The notes under the pieces: generated by a model
What the model was told of the DNA's origin: nothing
Databases searched by the model: none
What the model saw: only the letters and a program-made list of their open reading frames with translations
Shown: positions 39,606-50,251 of the stretch, piece after piece
How positions within the stretch are numbered: the first letter of the stretch is position 1
Layout: each line of letters begins with the position of its first letter
Program-made: the position numbers and the translations under genes
DNA from: Alphaproteobacteria bacterium
GTDB taxonomy: Bacteria > Pseudomonadota > Alphaproteobacteria > UBA828
Direction of reading: 5' to 3'
DNA length: 64,000 nucleotides
Assembly (NCBI GenBank): GCA_963667785.2
Contig: CAXXMU010000002.1
Span: 640,001-704,000 of the forward strand

Positions 39606-40370
39606 TCAGTACGTCGCGCGGCCGCCGGAGAGATCGAACACCGCGCCGGTCGAGAACGAGCAGTCCCCGGAGCAGAGCCAGGCCACCAGGGCGGCGATCT
39701 CCGCGCGGCAGGCCGAAGCGGCCGAGCGGGATCTTCGACTTCATCATGTCGATGTGGGTCTGGGTCATCTGGTCGAAGATGCGTGTCTCCACCGCCGCCG
39801 GGGTGACGCAGTTCACCAGCACGCCCGAGCCCGCGAGCTCCTTGCCGAGGCTCTTGGTGAGGCCGATCAGGCCCGCCTTGGCGGCGCTGTAGGCGGGCGC
39901 GTTGGGGTTGCCCTCCTTGCCCGCCACCGAGGCGATGTTGACGATGCGCCCCCAGCCGGCCTGCGCGCATCGCCGGCACCACCGCGCGGCTGACGAGGAA
40001 GGGGCCGTTCAGGTCGATGTCGATCACCCGGCGCCAGTCGTCGACCGGGTATTCCCAGGTCGGCATGTTGGGGCCGGAGATGCCCGCATTGTTGACCAGG
40101 ATGTCGATGGCGCCTGCGCCGCCGGCGCCCGCGCGGGTCTCGTCGAGCGCGGCTGCGACCGCGTCCGGGTCCGAGACGTCGACCTCGATCCACCCGGCCG
40201 GGCCTGGCGGCGGGCCAGTCCGCCTGCGCGTCCGCCATGGCGGCGGGGTCGAGATCCCAGACGTGGACCGCGGCGCCGGAGGCCTGCAGCCGCTCAGCGA
40301 TCGCCCGCCCCAGCCCCTGGGCGCCGCCGGTGACGATGGCGCGCCGGCCCGTCAGGTCGATGCTGTTCAT
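39606..40370 (-). pseudogene. SDR family oxidoreductase with three frameshifts
   Basis: TGGAQGLG, 'ILVNNAGI', 'KEGNPNAPAYSAAK' and 'FDLSGGRATY' lie in successive frames, with shifts near 40200, 39960 and 39705. Confidence 0.8.
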
Positions 40371-40612
40371 TGGTCGGTTCCCTCCTCCGAACAGGCGAAG
40401 TCGTCCCACGACAGCGGGGCGTCGAAGTCGTCCGCCATCCAGACCTTTCCCTCCCAGCCGCCGGGCTTGCGCGGGCGCTCGGATGCCTCCAGCGCGACCA
40501 GGCGCGCCACAGGCCGGTTGTGCTTGGCGATGACGATCTCCTCTCCGCCGGCCGCCTCCTCGACGAGGCGCGACAGGTGGGTCTTGGCGTGGTGGATGTT
40601 CACTGTCCGCAT
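40367..40612 (-). CDS. Phd/YefM family type II antitoxin (no adjacent toxin)
   Basis: 'VNIHHAKTHLSRLVE', 'GEEIVIAK..RPVARLV', 'DDFDAPL'. Confidence 0.88.
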   Translation of the reverse strand: MRTVNIHHAKTHLSRLVEEAAGGEEIVIAKHNRPVARLVALEASERPRKPGGWEGKVWMADDFDAPLSWDDFACSEEGTDQ

Positions 40613-40697
40613 CCGGTTGACCCATGCCCCGCTCAGCTTCTATCGGCCTTGTACGCGCTCTGGCGCCTGCGGCCTTCCCGGGCCACCATAGGCCACC

Positions 40698-41584
40698 ATG
40701 GACCGGATCGTCGACGCCCACCACCACATCTGGCGCCAGCGCGACCTGCCGTGGCTCGAAGGGCCGATGCAGCCGCGCATCTTCGGCCCCTACGAGCCGA
40801 TCCGGCGCGACTACCCGATCGAGGAGTATCTCGGCGACATCGAGGGGAGCGGCGTCGCGCAGTCGGTCTACGTGCAGGCCAACTGGGCGCCCGCCCGCGC
40901 CGTCGACGAGGTGGCATGGGTGCAGGCCGAGGCCGACCGCACGGGCTTTCCGCATGCCATCGTCGGCTATGCCGACCTGCGCGATCCGGAGGTGGGCGCG
41001 GTGCTGAAGGCGCAGGCGCAGTACCCGCTGCTGCGCGGCATCCGCATGCAGCTCCACTGGCACGAGAACCCGCAGTACCGCTTCGCCGACGGGCCGGCGG
41101 TGATGAAGGACGCCGCGCTACGCCGCCATGTGGGGCTGCTGGCGGAGCTCGGCCTCCTCTTCGAGCTGCAGGTCTTCACCGCGCAGATGGAGGATGCCGC
41201 CGCCTTCGCCGCCTCGTTCCCCGACGTGCCGATGGTGCTCGCCCACTGCGGCATGCCCGAGGACCTCACGGCGGAGGGGTGGGAGGCCTGGCGCGCCGGC
41301 ATGGCGCGGCTCGCCGCGGTGCCGAGCGTCTCGGTCAAGCTCTCGGGCCTCGGCACCTTCGTCCACCGGCTGGACTCGGCCCACATCGAGCGCACGGTGC
41401 GCGAGACCGTGGCCCTCTTCGGGGCCGGGCGCTGCCTCTGGGGCAGCAACTTCCCCATCGAGAAGCTGTGGTGCGGCTATGCGGAGCCTGCTTCGGCGCC
41501 TACCGGCAGGCGCTCGCCCCCTTGAGCGAGGCGGATCGGGCGGCGATAGTCGCCGGCACCGCGCGGCGGCTCTACCGGCTCTGA
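40698..41584 (+). pseudogene. Amidohydrolase_2 family protein (sugar lactonase-like), frameshift near 41485
   Basis: 'DAHHHIW', 'VKLSG', 'WGSNFP'; the natural end 'GTARRLYRL*' is in another frame. Confidence 0.8.
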
Positions 41585-41630
41585 CCGGCCGGCCGCGGGT
41601 CGGGAGACGACGGGAAGGGGAGAAGCGACC

Positions 41631-42036
41631 ATGGCGATCGAACGCGTGCTGACGCCCCACGTGGCGGAGCCGTCTCCGGGCCTCTGGTCCAACTGCCTGC
41701 GCCACGGCGACAACGTCTACGTCGCAGGCCTCGTCGCCGTGGACGCCGACTTCAACGTGCTGGCGGTGGGCGATCCGGGCGAGCAGACGCGCATCATCTT
41801 CCGCAGCATCCGGCCACTATCTCGAGGCCGCCGGCGGCAGCCTCTCCGACGTGGTGCGGATGCGGGTCTACCTGCAGAACCTGGAGCGCGACCGGCCGGC
41901 GTTCCTCGCCGCGCGCCGGGAGTTCTTCACCGGAGACTTCCCGTGCTCGACGCTGGTGGAGGTCGCGGCGCTGGTCTCGCCCGAGATGCTGGTCGAGGTC
42001 GATGCCGACGCGATCATCGGCGCCGGCGCGGCATAG
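41631..42036 (+). pseudogene. RidA/YjgF family protein, frameshift near 41812
   Basis: 'VYVAGLV', 'EQTR'; continues in another frame as 'AGGSLSDVV', 'FPCSTLVEV.ALV..EMLVEVDA'. Confidence 0.78.
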
Positions 42037-42113
42037 CATCCGACCCGCGCCGTGATAGGATCGGCCCGCGCCCGGCGCGAGCGAGGCGCGGCGCCGCAGA
42101 GGGAGAGGAAGGG

Positions 42114-43011
42114 ATGATCGAGGTCAATTCACCGAGGCTGCTGGATCTCGTGGCCGAGGATGCCACCGTCGACCAGGTTTGCACGGGCTTCACGTTCACC
42201 GAGGGGCCGATCTGGCACCCCGGCGAGCAGTGCCTCTACTTCAGCGACATCCCGGAGGACACGCGCCGGCGCTGGAGCGCGGCCGACGGCGCGAGCGACG
42301 TGCGGCAGCCCAACAACAAGGGCAACGGCATGACGCTGGATGCCGACCTCAACCTCTACATCTGCGAGCACGTGACCAGCGCACTGGCCCGCGAGACGCC
42401 GGCGGGCGAGCGCCAGGTGCTGGCCTCGCACTACAACGGCAAGGAGCTCAACAGCCCCAACGACGTGGTGGTGAGGTCCGACGGCCAGGTCTACTTCTCC
42501 GATCCCTGGTACGGCCGCATGCCGGTCTTCGGCCTGGAGCGCGAGCGGGAGCTGGGCTTCCAGGGGCTCTTCCGCATTGCGACCGACGGCTCGCTGCACT
42601 GCGAGGCGGACGACTTCGACCAGCCGAACGGCCTCTGCTTCTCGCCGGACGAGAGCCTGCTCTACGTCAACGACACCACGCGGGCCCACATCCGCCTGTT
42701 CGACGTGGGCTCGGACGGCTCGCTCTCGAACGGGCGCATGTTCGCCGAGAACATCGGCGACGGCGTGCTGGAGAACGGCGTCGTCGACGGCATGAAGTGC
42801 GACGAGCAGGGCAACGTCTACGTCACCGGGCCGCGCGGCTTCTGGGTCTTCGGCCGCGGACGGCGAGCATCTCGGCGTCATCGGCATGCCGGAGCACTCG
42901 GCCAACCTCAACTGGGGCGGCACCGGCTGGAACGAGCTCTACTGCACCTGCTCGACCTCGGTCTACCGCATCGCGCTCAAGGTCGCCGGCAATCGCCTGG
43001 CCTACATGTAG
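42114..43011 (+). pseudogene. SMP-30/gluconolactonase family protein, frameshift near 42855
   Basis: 'GFTFTEGPIW', 'LNSPND', 'QPNGLCFS', 'DGMKCD'; C-terminus 'ANLNWGG...LAYM*' is in another frame. Confidence 0.82.
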
Positions 43012-43022
43012 GAGGCGGACTC

Positions 43023-43634
43023 ATGGCTCTCGAACTCGACCCCGCCCGCAGCGCCCTCATCATCCAGGACCTGCAGAACGACGTGATCGCGGAAGGCGGC
43101 GCCTTCGCCGATTCCGGCGCGCCGGCGCACGCCACCTCGCAGAACGTGGTGGAGAACGTGAAGGCGCTCGCCGCGGCCGCGCGCGGCGCCGGCATGGCGG
43201 TGATCCACGTCCACTACGTCGTCGAGGAAGGGGCGCCGGGGCTGAAGCTCAACGCGCCGCTCTTCCAGGGCGTCGCCGAGGCCAAGGCGCTCGTGCGCGG
43301 GACCTGGGGAGTCGCTGCGGTGGCGGGGCTGGAGCCGCAGGCGGGCGACCTGGTGGTCGAGAAGATGCGCATGAACGCCTTCCACGACACCCACCTCGAG
43401 ACCATCCTCAAGGGGCTCGGCGTGGACACCATCGTGATCTCGGGCGCGTGGACCAACTTCTCGGTCGAGCATACCGCGCGTCACGGCGCCGATGCGGGCT
43501 ACCGCGCCATCGTGCTCACCGACGGAACGTCGACCATCAACGACGAGTGGCACAACGCCGGCCTCAACTACGCGCTGGAGAACATCGCCGAGCGCGTGAC
43601 CTGCGCCGAAGTCCAGGCGGCGCTCGGGGGCTGA
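43023..43634 (+). CDS. Isochorismatase/cysteine hydrolase family protein
   Basis: 'ALIIQDLQND', 'VEKMRMNAF', 'GAWTNFSVEHTARHG'; GGAGG RBS. Confidence 0.86.
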   Translation: MALELDPARSALIIQDLQNDVIAEGGAFADSGAPAHATSQNVVENVKALAAAARGAGMAVIHVHYVVEEGAPGLKLNAPLFQGVAEAKALVRGTWGVAAVAGLEPQAGDLVVEKMRMNAFHDTHLETILKGLGVDTIVISGAWTNFSVEHTARHGADAGYRAIVLTDGTSTINDEWHNAGLNYALENIAERVTCAEVQAALGG

Positions 43635-43748
43635 GAGGCGCGCCGGCGGCCTGGATCGCAAGGTCCGGAAGCAGCGGCGTAGCAACCCCGACACGTCATG
43701 GCCGGACCCGTTCTGGGTATCCGGACATCCATGTCGCGCGGCAAGAGA

Positions 43749-43858
43749 CCCACCTCTCCCTGTCCCTCTCCCCCCTGAAGGGCGGAGAGGGGACGCAGGC
43801 GGCATCGGCTTTCTCTCCCTCTCCTCCCTGGGGAGGAGAGGGTCGGGGTGAGGAGGGG
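43749..43858. repeat. CCCTCTCC..GGAGAGGG palindromic repeat, two-hairpin form
   Basis: Homologous to 1001-1108 (inverted) and 34828-34888. Confidence 0.8.
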
Positions 43859-43887
43859 TCGCCGGCCCGGCGCGCCGGTTCGCCGCG

Positions 43888-44733
43888 TCAGTCCGGGAGC
43901 GGGGCGAGGAGGTCGTTGCGGCCGCCGAGGAAGTTCACCACCACCCGCATGTTCTCCTCGGTGTTGTCGAAGAGGGTCGAGTGGTTGGAGCCCCTGATCA
44001 CGTGCTTGACCGCGTTCGGGATGTTCTCGGCGAGCCAGGTCTGGCCGGCGCCGGTCTCGCCCACCTCCCAGGGCGTCATGATGTCCTCGTCGCCGCCGAT
44101 CACCAGCGTCGGCGCCTTGATCTCGGCGGCGTAGGGGCGCAGGTCCATCTCCATCATGGCGCGGCAGGCGCGCTGATAGACCTCGCGGCGGTTCGAGCGC
44201 TCGAGGATGTCCTGGATCATGTCGACGGCGCCGGGGCCGTTCGGCCCGTCGAGGAACTTCCGTGAGAGCGCCTGCACGGCGATCAGCTCGGCCAGCGTGC
44301 GGCTGCCGCAGCCGTAGGCCTCGGAGATGTCGATCCAGTTCTGGAAGGTGAGGCGCCCGGCGAGATCGAGCTTGGCGGCCGAGCAGTTGATGACCAGCCG
44401 GTCGGTGCGGTCTGCGTACTTGGCGCCGAAGACCTGCGCGATCATGCCGCCCATGGAGGTGCCGTGGATGTGGGCGCGCTCGACCTTGAGCGCGTCCATC
44501 AGGCCCGCCACGTCGTCGGCCCAGACCTCCATGTCGTAGGGCTGGATGGGCTTGTCGGACTGGCCGTAGCCGCGCATGTCGAAGTCGATGCAGCGGAAGT
44601 AGCGCGAGGCGATCGGCGTCGCCGTCGCGAAGTTGAAGTGGCCGAAGCCGGCGCCGTGGATGTGCACCACGGGGGCGCCTGTGCCCGTCTCTTCGTACCA
44701 GAGCCTCGCGCCGTTGACCTCCGTGAACGCCAT
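43888..44733 (-). CDS. Alpha/beta hydrolase (enol-lactonase-like)
   Basis: 'HIHGAG', 'DMRGYGQS', GTSMGG nucleophile elbow, 'TLVIGGDED', catalytic His. Confidence 0.88.
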   Translation of the reverse strand: MAFTEVNGARLWYEETGTGAPVVHIHGAGFGHFNFATATPIASRYFRCIDFDMRGYGQSDKPIQPYDMEVWADDVAGLMDALKVERAHIHGTSMGGMIAQVFGAKYADRTDRLVINCSAAKLDLAGRLTFQNWIDISEAYGCGSRTLAELIAVQALSRKFLDGPNGPGAVDMIQDILERSNRREVYQRACRAMMEMDLRPYAAEIKAPTLVIGGDEDIMTPWEVGETGAGQTWLAENIPNAVKHVIRGSNHSTLFDNTEENMRVVVNFLGGRNDLLAPLPD

Positions 44734-44862
44734 GTCCGCCTCCCTTCGCCAGCCTCGCCGCCCAGAGCGGCCGATCTTACACCCTCCGGCGCGAAACTGT
44801 TTGCCATACGCCGGCGTTGCGACCAAAGTCCCGCCGGCGCGGCGAACGGAGCGAGGGAGGCG

Positions 44863-46269
44863 ATGGCACGGCCCGACCTGCCGCCGGAGACGGGCGCCGC
44901 GGCCGAGCGGGGCGGGCGGGACGGCCTCTACGGCCTCACCACCGAGCTGGTAAGTGCCGTCCGCGCGGCGCTCGCCGCCTCCGACGGCGACCGCGTCCGC
45001 GCTCTCGTCGCCCCGCTGCACGAAGCCGACACCGCCGACCTGATCGAGCGCTTCCGCCCCGAGGAGCGCCGCCGCCTCGTCGCCGTCGCCCACGACGTGC
45101 TGGACGGCGACGTGCTCGCGGAGCTCGAGGACGAGATCCGCGAGGCGCTGATCGGCGAGATCGGGACGGAACGGGTCGCCGAGGCGATCGCGGACATGGA
45201 CACGGACGACGCCGTCGCCGTGCTCGAGGACCTCGACGACCCGCAGCGCAAGGAGATCCTCGACGCGATCTCCAGCGAGGAGCGCGCCGAGGTCGCCGAA
45301 GCGCTGACCTATCCGGAGGACAGCGCCGGCCGCCTGATGCAGCACGATCTGGTCGCGCTGCCGGCCTTCTGGACGGTGGGGCAGACCATCGACCACATGC
45401 GCGAGACCGGCGACGACCTGCCGGGGGATTTCTACGAGATCTACGTGATCGACCCGCGCCACCGGCCCATCGGCCGGATACCGCTGCACAGCCTGCTCCG
45501 CACCCGCCGGCCGGTGCTGCTGCGCGACATCATGGCGGAGGACCTCAAGGCGATCCCCGCCGAGACCGACCAGGAGGAGGTCGGCCACGTCTTCGAGCAG
45601 TACGACCTCGTGTCGGCGCCGGTGATCGGCGCGGGCGGGCGGCTCATCGGCGTGATCACCGTCGACGACGTGGTCGACGTCATCCAGGAGGAGGCGGAGG
45701 AGGACATCCTGCGCCTCAGCGGCGTCCGGGAGCCCGACATCTACCGCGCAGCACTGCGCACCGCCACCGGCCGCTTCACCTGGCTGCTGGTCAATCTCGG
45801 CACCGCGATCCTGGCGTCGCTGGTGATCTACCAGTTCGACGGGACCATCGACCAGATGGTGGCGCTCGCCGTCCTCATGCCCATCGTCGCCTCCATGGGG
45901 GGCAATGCCGGCACCCAGACCATGGCCGTCGCCGTGCGCGCCATCGCCACCAAGGACCTCACCACGGCCAACGTGCTCAGGGTGCTGTGGAAGGAGGTGC
46001 TGGTCGGCGGCTTCAACGGCGTCGTCTTCGCTCTCCTCATCGGCGTCGCCGCAGCCGCGTGGTACGATAACATCGCGCTCGGCATCGTCATCGGCGCCGC
46101 GATGATCATCAACATGGTGGTTGCCGGCCTCTTCGGCCTGGCGATCCCGGTGGCGCTGTGGCGCCTCAGGATCGACCCGGCGACGGCGGCCGGCGTGGTG
46201 CTGACCACGATCACGGACGTGGTGGGCTTCCTCGCCTTCCTCGGCCTCGCGGGGATGCTGCTGGTGTAG
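44863..46269 (+). CDS. mgtE: Magnesium transporter MgtE
   Basis: Acidic N-domain, 'YPEDSAGRLM', CBS pair, 'MGGNAGTQ', 'DPA', 'TTITDVVG'. Confidence 0.95.
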   Translation: MARPDLPPETGAAAERGGRDGLYGLTTELVSAVRAALAASDGDRVRALVAPLHEADTADLIERFRPEERRRLVAVAHDVLDGDVLAELEDEIREALIGEIGTERVAEAIADMDTDDAVAVLEDLDDPQRKEILDAISSEERAEVAEALTYPEDSAGRLMQHDLVALPAFWTVGQTIDHMRETGDDLPGDFYEIYVIDPRHRPIGRIPLHSLLRTRRPVLLRDIMAEDLKAIPAETDQEEVGHVFEQYDLVSAPVIGAGGRLIGVITVDDVVDVIQEEAEEDILRLSGVREPDIYRAALRTATGRFTWLLVNLGTAILASLVIYQFDGTIDQMVALAVLMPIVASMGGNAGTQTMAVAVRAIATKDLTTANVLRVLWKEVLVGGFNGVVFALLIGVAAAAWYDNIALGIVIGAAMIINMVVAGLFGLAIPVALWRLRIDPATAAGVVLTTITDVVGFLAFLGLAGMLLV

Positions 46270-46293
46270 GAGCGGCGGCAGGCGGGCCGCGCG

Positions 46294-46698
46294 CTATTCC
46301 TCCCGCAGCCAGCGCCGCGCCTCGGCCGGTTCGTGCTCGGGGTCGAACTCGAAGAGCTCCAGCAGCACGCCGTCGGGCGCCGCGCACATGATGTAGCGCC
46401 AGGTGCCGAACTCGCGGATTTCGCTGCGGAAGGCGACGCCCTGCTCCCTCATCCGCGCGACCAGGGCGCGCAGGTCGTCGCTGCGGATGCCGATATGGTG
46501 GACCGCGCCGCGGCCCTCGCCGCGCGGCGGCTGGTCGTAGAGGTGCAGGCCCCCGCTGCCGATGCGCATGAAGACGTTGCGGGCGCCGGCGAGCACGCCG
46601 TCATGGACCAGCTCGCCGCCCAGCATGTCGCGCCACCAGGCGATGGTGGCGTCGATGTCGCGGGCGAAGATGTGGACGTGGTGAAGGCTCTCGGCCAT
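46294..46698 (-). CDS. VOC family protein
   Basis: 'LHHVHI', 'VHHIGI', 'APDGVLLELFE'. Confidence 0.85.
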   Translation of the reverse strand: MAESLHHVHIFARDIDATIAWWRDMLGGELVHDGVLAGARNVFMRIGSGGLHLYDQPPRGEGRGAVHHIGIRSDDLRALVARMREQGVAFRSEIREFGTWRYIMCAAPDGVLLELFEFDPEHEPAEARRWLREE

Positions 46699-46761
46699 GG
46701 CGGGTAACGGCTAGCGTCCCGTTCGCGAGTCGTCCGCGCGCTCGCACATGAGTCCCTCTGC

Positions 46762-46845
46762 GTCATGGCCGGGCTTGTCCCGGCCATCCACGTCCCTCCG
46801 CAGCACGTGGGCCTCATGGATGCCCGGAACAAGTCCGGGCATGAC
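46762..46845. repeat. REP-like palindrome pair (GTCATGGCCGGGCTTGTCCCGGCCATCCACG type)
   Basis: Arms match 34704-34792; the spacer differs. Confidence 0.85.
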
Positions 46846-46916
46846 GAGTGAATGAATGGCTGATTGAGAGGGAGTTTCCACCGAACCAACGGCGCGCGAA
46901 GTCAAGGAACGCGACA

Positions 46917-47933
46917 CTAGGCGGCGCTTGCGACCAGCGGCGCCACCTCCTCGGCGAAGAGGGTCATGCTCTCGGTCACCTGGTCGTGCGGCATGCCGAG
47001 CCAGTCCATGCCGAGGATGAACGTGGTGATGCCGAGGCGGCGCCTGTAGCCGGCGATCTGCTCCGCGACCTCGGCAGGCGAGCCGAAGAGGAAGCGGTCG
47101 CGCATCAGCTCCTCGAAGTCGAGCGAGAGGTCGTCGTCGCCCGCCGGCATGGCCTTGTCCTGCCCCCACGCGTGGTAGGTCTTGTACTTCTCCTCGAGGT
47201 AGGGGCGGGCGAGCCGCTCGGCCTCTGCCCTGGTGCGGGCGACGAAGATCTCGCGCATGAGCGGAAGCTCTGCGGGGAACGGCTTTCCCGCCTCGTCGAG
47301 CGCGCGCCGGTAGATCGCGAGCTGGCGCTCGGTCGTCTCCATGCGCTGGTGGGGGTTGATGAACCAGGTGTCGCCGAGCCGGGCCGCGCGCTCGACCGCG
47401 GCGTCCGCATTGGCGCCGAGCCAGATCGGCGGATGCGGCGTCTGCACCGGCTTGAGCGAGAGCGTCGCGTCGTCGAGGGTGAAGTGGGAGCCCGCCATCG
47501 TCACCCCGTCCTCGCGCCAGAGGCGGACGACGGCTTCAAGGTTTTCCTCCAACCGCGCCACCCGCTCTGCCTGCGTGGTGCCGAAGCCCTTGAACTCCAC
47601 CTCGCGGTAGCCGAGACCCGCGCCGAAGATCATGCGCCCGCCCGACATCACGTCCAGCGTCGCGACCTGCTCGGCGATGTCGAGCGGCTTGTGCAGCGAG
47701 AGCAGAATGATCCCCGGCAGCAGCCGGCAGCGCGGCGCCTCCGCCATGAGCCGCGCCAGCAGCGGGAGCTGCTGGTACTGCTGCAGCGGGTAGGCGGCGT
47801 AGTGCATGCCGGTGGCGAGGATGTCGTAGCCCAGCGCGTCGGCGAGCCTGGCCTGGGCGCAGAGGTCCGCGAAGCGTGCGTTCATGTCCTCGCCGCGGCG
47901 GAACTGGCCGCGAATGAAGAAGCCGTATTTCAT
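46917..47933 (-). CDS. LLM-class flavin/F420-dependent oxidoreductase
   Basis: 'IAEQVATLDVMSGGR', 'GLGYREVEF', 'KPVQTPHPPIWLG'. Confidence 0.9.
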   Translation of the reverse strand: MKYGFFIRGQFRRGEDMNARFADLCAQARLADALGYDILATGMHYAAYPLQQYQQLPLLARLMAEAPRCRLLPGIILLSLHKPLDIAEQVATLDVMSGGRMIFGAGLGYREVEFKGFGTTQAERVARLEENLEAVVRLWREDGVTMAGSHFTLDDATLSLKPVQTPHPPIWLGANADAAVERAARLGDTWFINPHQRMETTERQLAIYRRALDEAGKPFPAELPLMREIFVARTRAEAERLARPYLEEKYKTYHAWGQDKAMPAGDDDLSLDFEELMRDRFLFGSPAEVAEQIAGYRRRLGITTFILGMDWLGMPHDQVTESMTLFAEEVAPLVASAA

Positions 47934-47940
47934 GGATCGT

Positions 47941-48744
47941 TCAGTGCGTCGTGGCGTCGTGCGAAAGCGTCAGCAGGCAGTCGTCGCCGAGAGGCTCGAT
48001 CGCCGACCAGTCGCGGGTGCAGTGATGCTCGGCGCGCTCGAAGCGGGTGGGCGGGTTATCGGTGGCTGCGACGTTGAGATAGAAGATGCGCCGGGGCCAG
48101 GGGGTGATGTTGCCCGCCGAGCCGTGGACCATGTTGGCATGGCTGATGAGAACCGAGCCGGCCGGGCCGGTGAAGGTCTCGATGCCGCCCGCGTCCACGA
48201 TATGGGCAAGGTGCTCCTCCGTGATGTGGAAGAGCGTGTAGCCGGGCGATTCGTGGTTGTCCACGGCCTCGGCGATCATCCCGTAGTGGTGCGAGCCCGG
48301 CACCAGCATGAGCGGCCCGTTGGCGGCGTTGGCCTCGTCGAGCAGGATCGCCACCATGAAGGCGCGCGGCTCCTTGAGCCCGTCGCGGTCCGACCAGGTC
48401 GCGTAGTCCTGATGCCAGGCCCACGGGCCCCCGTGGTGGGCGGCCTTGGGGTTGAGCCGCGACTGGTGGATGTAGACCGGGCCCCCCATCAGTTCCTCCG
48501 CCACCTGCAGCCAGCGTGGATGGCGCGAGAGCCGGTGGAACGCCTCGTTGAAGCGGTGGGCGCCGTAGACGAGCCGCACCGCCTCCGACTCCGGCTCGTG
48601 GACCACCTCGGGGCCTTCGCGGGCCGCGACCGCCTCCGACTCGCCCCGCACGGCCGCGATCTCGGCCTCGGAGAAGAGGGCGGGCAGCAGCAGGAACCCG
48701 TGGTCCTCGAACTCGCGCCGCTGGGCGTCGGTGATGGCGGCCAT
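47941..48744 (-). CDS. PhyH family dioxygenase (ectoine/proline hydroxylase-like)
   Basis: 'YIHQSRLNPK', 'WHQDY', 'NGPLMLVPGSH', 'VHGSAGNITPWPR'. Confidence 0.87.
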   Translation of the reverse strand: MAAITDAQRREFEDHGFLLLPALFSEAEIAAVRGESEAVAAREGPEVVHEPESEAVRLVYGAHRFNEAFHRLSRHPRWLQVAEELMGGPVYIHQSRLNPKAAHHGGPWAWHQDYATWSDRDGLKEPRAFMVAILLDEANAANGPLMLVPGSHHYGMIAEAVDNHESPGYTLFHITEEHLAHIVDAGGIETFTGPAGSVLISHANMVHGSAGNITPWPRRIFYLNVAATDNPPTRFERAEHHCTRDWSAIEPLGDDCLLTLSHDATTH

Positions 48745-48766
48745 GGCCGGGGTCCCCGCCCGGTTC

Positions 48767-49471
48767 CTAGCCGCCCATGCCGACGAACTCGGCGACCAGG
48801 TCGGGATCGGAAAGCTGCCCCGGCGCCACCTCGCTGGTGAACTGCCCGCGCTGGATGATGAGCACGCGCTGCGAGAGCTCCGCGATGAAGTCGAGGTTCT
48901 GTTCGACCAGCACGACGGTGAGCTTGCGTCGGGCCTGCAGGGTCTTGAGGATCTCGACGATCTCTTCGACGATCGAGGGCTGGATGCCTTCGGTCGGCTC
49001 GTCGAGGAGGACGAGGCGCGGGCGGGCGCAGAGGCAGCGCGCGAGAGCCAGGATCTGTTGCTCGCCGCCGGAGAGCACCCGGCCGGCGCGGTCCAGCAGC
49101 GGCTTGAGCCGGGGGAACTCCTCGAGCACCTCCTCGAGCACCTCCTGCTCGTCGACCTTCTGCACCGCCAGGCCGAGCCTGAGATTGTCGCGCACGCTGA
49201 CGTTGGGGAAGATCTCGCGTCCTTGCGGCACGTAGCCGATGCCGCGCCGGCTGCGCTTGTGCGGCGGCTCCCGGGTGATCGTCTCTCCCTCGAAGGTGAT
49301 CGAGCCGTCGGTGGTCTTGACCAGGCCGATCAGGGTCTTGAGCAGAGTCGTCTTGCCCATCCCGTTGTGGCCCAGGATGCCGACGAACTCGCCCTCGGCG
49401 ACCTCGAGGTCGATGCCGTGCAGGATGGGGATCCTGCCGTAGCTCGCGCGGATGCCTTCGGCGTTCAGCAT
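48767..49471 (-). CDS. ABC transporter ATP-binding protein (UrtE/LivF-like)
   Basis: GHNGMGKT, LSGGEQQ, 'LDEPTEGIQPSI'. Confidence 0.92.
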   Translation of the reverse strand: MLNAEGIRASYGRIPILHGIDLEVAEGEFVGILGHNGMGKTTLLKTLIGLVKTTDGSITFEGETITREPPHKRSRRGIGYVPQGREIFPNVSVRDNLRLGLAVQKVDEQEVLEEVLEEFPRLKPLLDRAGRVLSGGEQQILALARCLCARPRLVLLDEPTEGIQPSIVEEIVEILKTLQARRKLTVVLVEQNLDFIAELSQRVLIIQRGQFTSEVAPGQLSDPDLVAEFVGMGG

Positions 49472-49474
49472 CGC

Positions 49475-50247
<773 letters not shown>

Positions 50248-50251
<4 letters not shown>

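Noticed and set aside
36523-43011. Programmed ribosomal frameshifting
   Set aside because: No slippery heptamers or shared context; too many shifts in unrelated enzymes
41631-43634. 667-aa ORF that looks like a RidA-gluconolactonase-isochorismatase triple fusion
   Set aside because: Produced by two frameshifts; each gene has its own RBS/start and its natural C-terminus and stop in another frame
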